Of a stretch of DNA of 64,000 nt, positions 56,340-64,000 are shown piece after piece. The stretch's first letter is position 1. Each line of letters begins with the position of its first letter. The stretch spans positions 310,001-374,000 of the forward strand of contig CP142729.1 of NCBI GenBank assembly GCA_036630325.1, written 5' to 3'. The notes under the pieces are model-generated. The model was not told the origin of the DNA and searched no databases. It saw nothing but the letters and a program-made list of their open reading frames with translations. This DNA comes from Vairimorpha necatrix. Taxonomy: Eukaryota. The position numbers and the translations under genes were made by a program.

Positions 56340-57400
56340 GGCTAAAATCAGCATCTGTGTTAAAAAACTGGGGGGTCAAAATTTTTAAAAAATTACCCCT
56401 TTTTTTAAAAAACGAAGGGAATGATGAGTAATGAAGAAATTGAAGATTTTTATATATCTTTAACAATTTAGAAATACAATCAGAAATGTATAAAATGCGG
56501 TTGGGATTCAGCTATTGTATCAAATGAAACTGCTTACTTGAGGTGTAAGTCTTCAAGTTACAAACACAGATTTTCAATTTGGAAAATTCTTTTTTTGAAA
56601 ACACTAGACTAGAACATTTACTAATGTTGCAAATAGTAAATTTGTGGATATTAGAATTAAAGTAATTCTTATATCAAAGATTTTGGGATGTAATGTATAA
56701 AATGTAAGTTACACCCTAGATAAATTATATAAATTAAAAATTTATGATAAGTATTTGAACAAGCTGAAGCAGATAGGCGGACAAGATATCATTGTAAAAA
56801 TAGATGAAAGTAAAATTGGCAAAAATAAGCATCATAGGGATAGATTAGTTAAGGGGGTTTGGTATGGTGGAACGAACCGAAGCAAAGAAGATTGTATTCG
56901 TAATTATAAAGAAAAGAGACAGGGATGCATTATTTCCAATCATGTTTAAGCATGTAAATTTTGAATCCGGCATTCATTCGGATATGTGGAGGGCGTATGC
57001 AACGTTAAAAAATAATTATGCGGACCATAGGACTGTGAATCACAGTCAAACTTTTAGAGACAGGGAGACAGGTGTGCATACAAACACCATAGAAGGGAAT
57101 TGGGGGTCGATAAAAGCCTCCATATCTAATAGGTGTAGGACTTATAAACTTGCTGAAATATATTTAGTTCTATATATGATTAAAAGAAATGAGAGTGAAG
57201 ACATCTTCAAAGCATTATTAAAATTATGTTTTTGATATATTTTATTTATTTTAAAGTTAATTTTCATGCATTTTTATATCTTAATTATATTTTATTTTTT
57301 TTTCTGAAGTTTTCTCTTCCCTTCGTTTTTTTAAAAAAAGGGGCAATTTTTTAAAAATTTTGATCCCCCCAGTTTTTTTACACAGATGCTGATATTAGCC
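56340..57400 (+). mobile_element. second Merlin-type DNA transposon (different TIR family), frameshifted
   Basis: ~80-bp TIRs ggctaaaatcagcatctgtg.../...cacagatgctgatattagcc; KIDESKIGKNKHHR, IHSDMWRAY and VNHSQTFRDRETGVHTNTIEGNW split over ORFs 56755..56949 and 56864..57235. Confidence 0.9.
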
Positions 57401-57418
57401 TAAAGATTTATAATTTAA

Positions 57419-57643
57419 TTATAATTTATTTAATAACATTAAAAGTTGAAATTCATAGAGTTTCTCTACTTCTTCGGGGTCTAAAATATTTGATTCTTTA
57501 TTATCTAGAGATCTGGACATGGCCAGTGCCATGTCCAGATCATAATTATCTTTAAGTAATGTTATAGGGACAAGATCTCTGTCAAAAGAATCAGACTCTA
57601 ATTCTACAGAGGCACTATAATCGGACTCACTTCTATCAGACAT
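57419..57643 (-). CDS. small acidic protein with a possible ubiquitin-interacting motif
   Basis: 74 aa; DYDLDMALAMSR-like segment fits the UIM pattern (acidic-L-x-x-A-x-x-x-S); CCC motif upstream. Confidence 0.55.
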   Translation of the reverse strand: MSDRSESDYSASVELESDSFDRDLVPITLLKDNYDLDMALAMSRSLDNKESNILDPEEVEKLYEFQLLMLLNKL

Positions 57644-57685
57644 TCCCAGTTTGGGGACGCGTAAAAATCAAAATGTAAAAATATT

Positions 57686-57895
57686 TTATTTTTTTATGTT
57701 TATTGATAAAATGCAGTCTCCTTTTAATAAATATCTACTGTGTCCTGTCTCAATGACTAAATTCATGTATTCATCAAATCCCACTATCTTGCCCCTGTGT
57801 ATCATATTTCCTTCCTTCTCGTATACTTCTACTTCTTTCTTATCTACCATCCCCAGGTATATACTTTCTAACGGTCTTATTTCACTTTCTTCCAT
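57686..57895 (-). CDS. SME1: snRNP core protein Sm E
   Basis: RGKIVGFDEYMNLVI (Sm1) and LLKGD.I (Sm2) match SmE; shortened loop 4; GGG motif before the ATG. Confidence 0.85.
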   Translation of the reverse strand: MEESEIRPLESIYLGMVDKKEVEVYEKEGNMIHRGKIVGFDEYMNLVIETGHSRYLLKGDCILSINIKK

Positions 57896-58121
57896 TACCC
57901 CTTCTTTTTATAATTTATTTTATTTCATACAGCTTCCTCTTTCTGCACATTATCATTTTTTTTATTTTTCAACACATGATTTTTTTTTATTTTTCAAGGC
58001 ATTATTTTTTTTATTTTTCAACACGTTATTTTTTTTTTCCTATACATTATTTTTTTGATTTTGCTCTTAATTTTTTGATATTATTTTTTTTCTTGTTCTT
58101 TGATTTTTCTTTTGCCCTCTT

Positions 58122-58343
58122 ATGATTTCACTGGACGAAATTGCGCTGACCAAAGACTTAGAAACACTTTTTAAGAAGATTGTAAGGAATAGCGACATTA
58201 TAAAACAAATAAGAAACTTTGGACCTTTAGATTACAAAATAGTAGAAGGATATTTACATGATCCTAAGGTAATAGCAGAATTAGAGAAATATGGTAGAAG
58301 AAGCATACTTAAGAAATATTATATTAGTCAACAAAATAAGTAA
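58122..58343 (+). CDS. small hypothetical protein, divergent from SmE
   Basis: ccctctt-ATG; 73 aa with coding-like composition. Confidence 0.6.
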   Translation: MISLDEIALTKDLETLFKKIVRNSDIIKQIRNFGPLDYKIVEGYLHDPKVIAELEKYGRRSILKKYYISQQNK

Positions 58344-58625
58344 AGAGTCTTTTTAAGAAAGCAAATTATGGAATAAATATTCAATCTATACAAAATTAGA
58401 ATAACGGCCTTTTTATTTAAGTCTTATAAAATCAAAAAATGTTCGTATACATTTCTTGTTTTTTAATTGAAATTTAATATATTTTTATAATTTTCTCTCA
58501 AAAAAATATGATTTGATTTTAAAAACTCAGTTCTGCAGTATATTTTTCAGAAACTGTAGATATTCTGATTTGCTCTTTAATTTTATAGTTTTATAATATT
58601 TTTTCAGAAAAATTATTTCCCTTAA

Positions 58626-59222
58626 ATGATTGTGCTTTTTCTCTTTGATCTATGTATAACCTCGAAAATATCCAAAAATGATTCTAATTTTTTTTCCTAC
58701 ACTGAAAATAGTCGGAAATGTCATTTATCGCGTATCTTAGATAATGAGAGGTATAGTCATCTAACATGCATTTTTGAGAATTATCTAGAGAGTCAAATAA
58801 ATGGGACCAACAGTGCCTCGCCTTTTAATGAAGACAGTTATTCCGAAGATTCATTAGATGAAAACAACAATGAAGATAGCCAATCTGAAGATTCGTTGGA
58901 TGAAAATGATGATAAATGTATTAAACACAATCACAACAAAGCAGACAATATAACGCCAAATGATCAAGAAGATAATAGAAATACATCAGATGAATATGTA
59001 GATACATATGATGCATTAAATGAAAGCGAAAAATGTTGCACATTAACAAATGAAGGTAGCGACAGTGATACGTCAACAGACGAATTTGAAGATACATGTA
59101 CATCATTAGAAGATAACACTAAAGTCAGTGACTTAACATATTATAATATATGGCATGGTAGGGACAATTACAGACTGCCACAGAGAAACCAATTATACGA
59201 AATTAATAAAAATGATGTATAA
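58626..59222 (+). CDS. secreted acidic (D/E/S/N-rich) hypothetical protein
   Basis: cccttaa-ATG; signal-like MIVLFLFDLCIT; duplicated NEDSxSEDSLDEN. Confidence 0.75.
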   Translation: MIVLFLFDLCITSKISKNDSNFFSYTENSRKCHLSRILDNERYSHLTCIFENYLESQINGTNSASPFNEDSYSEDSLDENNNEDSQSEDSLDENDDKCIKHNHNKADNITPNDQEDNRNTSDEYVDTYDALNESEKCCTLTNEGSDSDTSTDEFEDTCTSLEDNTKVSDLTYYNIWHGRDNYRLPQRNQLYEINKNDV

Positions 59223-59333
59223 GAAATAAAAATATTTATTTATAAAATATTTTATATAGCATAAAATTATGTATGAGAAAAAACACAGCGATAAGTACAT
59301 TGGAATATTGAGATCAATTTAATATTTCAAACC

Positions 59334-59510
59334 AGAGATAGGGAGAAACCTTACATAAATATAAAAAGCACAATGTGGTTCTTATCAACTGATAATATAA
59401 AATATTTAGTTGTTAATCTCCATGTTCGTATAAAGCCAGTGCATCAAGCTCTGCCGTATCTCGAGACTTCGGCCTCGTATGCAAGAATTTTATAAAAATA
59501 TCATATCGCA
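59334..59510. repeat. degenerate dispersed copy of the element at 62874
   Basis: agagatagggagaaaccttacata vs agaggtagggagaaaccctacata; gccagtgcatcaagctctgccgtatc vs gccggtgcagcaagctccgccgtatc, at matching spacing. Confidence 0.8.
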
Positions 59511-60843
59511 AAACGATAATCGAACAGAAATAAACATTTTGCAGGTTTTTAATGATTCGAAAGGAATCCCAACACACTATTTAAAACATTTGATTTTATA
59601 TCTTATGCTTGCTGTTTTTTGACAACATGCAATAGTTACGCGTTATACACTTCGAATGCAAATTTTTGGCAATATGTAAAAAAAAACTTAAGTTTAGTGA
59701 TGTAAACTACACGCTCTGTATTGTCTTGGCTACTTGATTGAACACAAGTTTCATACATAAACATGTCGCTAAAAGGCATAATACATTCAGAAATCTACAT
59801 ACATCGAAGGAGTTATAGATCTTCCAATTTTAAATTTGTTAATAAACTAGATTTTATATTCTTGTGACGAAACACACTAATTCTTGGATGAATTTAATAA
59901 TTGACATAGTTATTTAGAAGTTCTAAATTACCAACTATTCTAAAATACAACAACAATTTAATCTATTAACACACAATATCGCTCTTATGTTTCAATACAA
60001 TGATTTGGTATCAAAGACAAGCCCTCGAAATACATAGACTCATATCGCTTCTAAAACTTTAAGTCGATAAAAGAACTACAGGTAATATTTAAAGGTTTAT
60101 TTATTTAATAATTTTATTACTGGGAAAATTTTATTCTCTTGAAAAAAAGATCTATTACTTTGATAGTGGTATTAAAATAGGAATAGGCGATTAAGTATGC
60201 TTTATATTCTATAACAACGTAATCAAGTTATATAATATTAAGTTAATTATTTATTAGACCTTTTAACTTCTTATGAATTGCTATATACAGTATTTTGGGC
60301 TAATAAAAAATTTAAGCCGAATCCTTTTGCGTTTAGTATGCTTGATTTGTTAATTCAATTAATAGATCTAAATAATCTGCAAATGATATATATTATTTTA
60401 TGTTAAAAAAACTTAATTCGAAATTTCCCAAAAAATCATGCCAATGTGTATCTATAGCTGCCAAAATATTAGTTATATTTTATTAACATAATTTCGTTTA
60501 TCATATACTCTATAAATAATAAATTCCTATTGCAAATCTTTTTTTCTTAGTTTAAAATTTTTACAAAATATATCTTCTCACACGTTTTTAGCAATCATAA
60601 TAAAATTTTGACATGTGGTTTATACCACAATTATGATCAGATGATATAAAACTATTATAGTAATAATGAACAGTAATATAAATTTATATTGCCATTGCAA
60701 CAAACATGTTATTTAATAGCTTTTGTCTTTAAAAGTTAAGTCATTTCCTCTTTTTGCAATAATCTTTTTCGTTATATTTATGATAAGTTTTGATTATATA
60801 CAACGTGGAATTTTTGTACAAACATAAAAAAGAAGAATAATCT

Positions 60844-61434
60844 TTAATTATTTTTTTTAGAATCGCTGTCGTTTAGTGTCATAAATTCCTTTACATTGGT
60901 CTCAGAAGTTTCCACATCATCAGAATCTGCATTTTTTAATAAGGTATAATAGTTTTTTTTATCTTCAGAATCACTATCATCCTCAAAATCAACACTTTCG
61001 TCGTCAGAACCTTTATCCTCTATTGAGGAAGAGGCCGATTCACTATCATTACACAGCAGATTATATTCATTGTTATCTTCATTAACACAAGTACGGCCAA
61101 TTATGAAATCATTAAAAGCGCAATTCTCTTCATAAACGCCATTTTCAAAACCAGAGTCGCCATCTCGCATCGAAGAAGTGATTGTTTCACTAAGCACAAA
61201 CTGCGGGTTTAGTTCACTAAATTCCGGCATAACAGTATAGTCAATTATAATATCTTCAGAATCACTATCGTCTATTAATGGCGTAAATTCCTCAAAATCT
61301 TTGAGTGCTAAATGACTATCAAAATACGAATGAAAACGTTCAGAAATACTATTGGTAACAGTAGGCATCATTGAAGTATCTATTGCACTGATATTATTGA
61401 TAAGACCACAGATCAATAAATAAAAATTTCTCAT
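60844..61434 (-). CDS. secreted acidic (D/E/S-rich) hypothetical protein
   Basis: aaccc-ATG; signal peptide MRNFYLLICGLINNISA; repeated DDSDSED. Confidence 0.78.
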   Translation of the reverse strand: MRNFYLLICGLINNISAIDTSMMPTVTNSISERFHSYFDSHLALKDFEEFTPLIDDSDSEDIIIDYTVMPEFSELNPQFVLSETITSSMRDGDSGFENGVYEENCAFNDFIIGRTCVNEDNNEYNLLCNDSESASSSIEDKGSDDESVDFEDDSDSEDKKNYYTLLKNADSDDVETSETNVKEFMTLNDSDSKKNN

Positions 61435-62873
61435 GGGTTGAAAAAAAAAGATTTATTTTATATCTTTGATTTTTGACATGTGTAAACATAAATTAATGTA
61501 AAAGTATAGAAATATAAAAATATTTATAATGGAAAATTTTTTATTTATAATTTAATTTTTATATTTTTGTTGTTTTGTTTGACAGGCATTTTGAGATTTC
61601 TTTGCAATTTCAAAATTTTTATTCAAAAAAAAACTTTTTTGTCGATCACAACTACTGAAAAAATTGTAAACTCAACATTGGAATCAATAAAAAAAATAAA
61701 GAATATGCAGACCAAAAATTTAAATTTAAATTTTTCATATAATTTATGTTTGGAGGGAAAGAATACAAATTCATCGTCATAATAAGTAATGCTTACATCT
61801 TTATAAGATGAACATTTTTAAGTCATTGAAAATGTTAAAATTATACATAAAACATTTGTGATCATTAGTAATTATTGTTTTAGCAGAACATTTATTAAAC
61901 AAATTAAGTGTTTAAACAACTACACGAAGAAAAAAAAAGGACGTTTTGTAAATCACTTGATTTCATAATTTAGCTTTGACATAACGCAAGGTCATTTTCT
62001 AAACTTTGAATAACAGATCGTTTTGTGTGTTCAATGACTGCATGTATTAAATCAAGCGATTTGATTTGTACAACAATTGAAATACTTTGATGATTATTCT
62101 GTATTCTTATTGTGTTATCATTGGATAGGAAAATTTGACTTAATTTATCAATTGATACTAAACATTATAATACTCCAATTTTTTTTTCACTTCTAATGCC
62201 TAACGATAGTTTTCTTAAGAGCCTTGTTTATAATTCTTTTTTTAAGAATTTAGATATTTTGCATAATCTATACTTTATAAGAATATTTTAACCTTTTTCA
62301 AATTTCTCATGTTTTTAAAATAGAAAAATTATTTTTTTAATTATGTACTAATTGTAGTAACAATTATATTCGTCTTTTTATTAATACAAGCCATATAAAT
62401 AGCTTACTAGAGCAAAAATAGTATTAATAAACATTATTTGCTCTATTGTTTTATCTCGCGATAAATTTTTATTCAGTGATTCGCTTGTCTTAACCTTTGA
62501 ATACTATTATATTATTAATTACTTAGTTAAAAATTAACTAGTAAATATAAAAAAATAAATTTAACTTGCCCGTATAAAATTCTTCAATTTTATCAACGAG
62601 ACGATACATAGCCTTCTTATATTGCAATAAAATTATTTAGAACGGCCCATTAACTAGTTAACATGTAATAGATAACAATTTAATTGTTTTCTGCATTAAA
62701 TGAATTTAATTAGTAACTATAGTATAATAATCGAAGGCATTTTCAAAATATGAATTCTATGTAAAAAATAATTAGAAGGTAATTTTGTCAAGACTTGTTA
62801 ATAATTCTTTAGAATTAATGCTGAGTCGTTTTTTTGTCCGATATTAGATTTAATTTTTTTTTTCTTGCAAGTA

Positions 62874-63482
62874 AGAGGTAGGGAGAAACCCTACATAGGG
62901 ACCAGAGGGATTTGGGAGTGATCCTCATCCAACTGGTACTGTGAGATTCTTACTCACTAAAACTCCCTCCATACAGTTTGCCGGTGCAGCAAGCTCCGCC
63001 GTATCCATTGGACTTTGGCTCCAGGAGAACACTTTCCATTTATAACTCAAATCGCGTCCAGAGTGACCTCACAGCGGATATACTTAACGGGCATGGTTAT
63101 CTATAACCCGAGGAGAGACATCATCGTACTGACTCAAAGGTCCCTACAATCATCTGTATTGCACACACGGCTCCTTACACGACCACATCCCCAGCCCGGC
63201 GTTTTTATTGGGCTGCGTTGACCTTTAGTCTCTCACTAGTTTCGGCCACCGTGTTACAGAATCTTGTGGGATAGGGTCCACGAGACCTTCTATTGCCCTA
63301 CTTCGTCTAGTCTCTTAGTTAGCTCTAGAATCCTACTCTAGAGTCACCAGCCATGGGCTCCAACTAGGCCGTACCTATTAGATACTTTTATTTATTATTA
63401 AGTCACCAAAGGGCGATACTGCTTTTTGGCCTTGAGGTGCGTTTCTACACTAGATTCTAACCCCCTGTGGCTGGACACACAC
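62874..63482. repeat. GC-elevated, hairpin-rich non-coding dispersed element (candidate SINE body or non-autonomous retroelement)
   Basis: Clearly higher GC than the flanks; no credible ORF; several hairpins; a second degenerate copy at 59334. Confidence 0.55.
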
Positions 63483-63570
63483 AAGTTTCATTGAATCAAC
63501 TTAATGATTATCGTAAACATTTTCATCATCTGAGTTGTTCCAACTGCATCATAGAAAGTAGAAACAATTT

Positions 63571-63643
63571 TGGTGCCCCTGGGAATCGAACTCAGCCATT
63601 GCTCAATGGAAGCATTGCATTCTACCACTGTGCTAAGGGCACC
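63571..63643 (-). tRNA. tRNA-like sequence with non-canonical anticodon arm (pseudo-tRNA, possibly Gly-TCC derived)
   Basis: GGTGCCC/GGGCACC acceptor stem; A box TAGCACAGTGG; B box GAGTTCGATTCC. It has an extra base before the D stem, a T-stem mismatch and an irregular anticodon arm (ATGCT-TCCATTG-AGCAA). Confidence 0.7.
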
Positions 63644-64000
63644 ATATTAGATTTAAACACTACACGAAATTAATTCCAATTAAAAAAAACCTAAGAAAAC
63701 CTAAAAAGAAATAGAAATAACATCAACAAATTTACGTTAGCCGAGTTGGCAAAGTTATAGAGATATGATCTATTGTCAACTAAATTTTTCTACTTGTATA
63801 ATTTGAATACCAATAGCAATTAAGTAATGACAAAATGATTTTTTACTCCAATAAACATGATTAAGTTTTAAATTTCTATCTTGACGAATATATGAAGAAT
63901 TCATCGAGAAAATTATTTGTATTACAGATAGATACAGACCTTGAAAGATTACGGGATGCTACATATGAAGTGTGGCGTAAATTTGTAGATTCAAGATGGC

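Noticed and set aside
63015-63673. ORFs 63015..63221 and 63467..63673; region as rRNA or telomerase RNA
   Set aside because: Non-ATG starts, and one ORF is antisense to the tRNA-like sequence; no rRNA signature recognised; ctaaccccc is not a 1.5-repeat telomere template

Overview
Very AT-rich, compact eukaryotic DNA with no obvious introns and CCC/GGG motifs just before most start codons. It is most consistent with a microsporidian, probably Nosematidae (Vairimorpha/Nosema-like); this assignment is inferred from the promoter motif, a serpin and the transposon content. The left ~31 kb is gene-dense: a MADS-box factor, a Gti1/Pac2 (WOPR) factor, a 50-aa RPB12 gene missed by the ORF track, three large repetitive secreted proteins, a Bos1-like SNARE, two divergent P5B-type ATPase paralogs, TACC-like and FAM72 proteins, and a serpin. 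The right half is rich in transposons: four Merlin/IS1595-type elements (one near-intact with an 8-bp TSD), a Ty3/gypsy element and a Ginger-like relic, among SSU72, a Doa10-like RING-CH ligase, SmE and lineage-specific secreted proteins. LINE remnants lie in the left half. Three things stand out. (1) A 3.06-kb gypsy element has 37/38-bp terminal repeats with different cores, overlapping both ORF ends, and no visible protease. (2) A tRNA-like head is followed by a structured GC-rich dispersed repeat, a candidate SINE or Pol III RNA. (3) A perfect 58-bp palindrome duplicates a Merlin transposase start signal on the antisense strand. All homology calls are by-eye motif recognition, not database searches.
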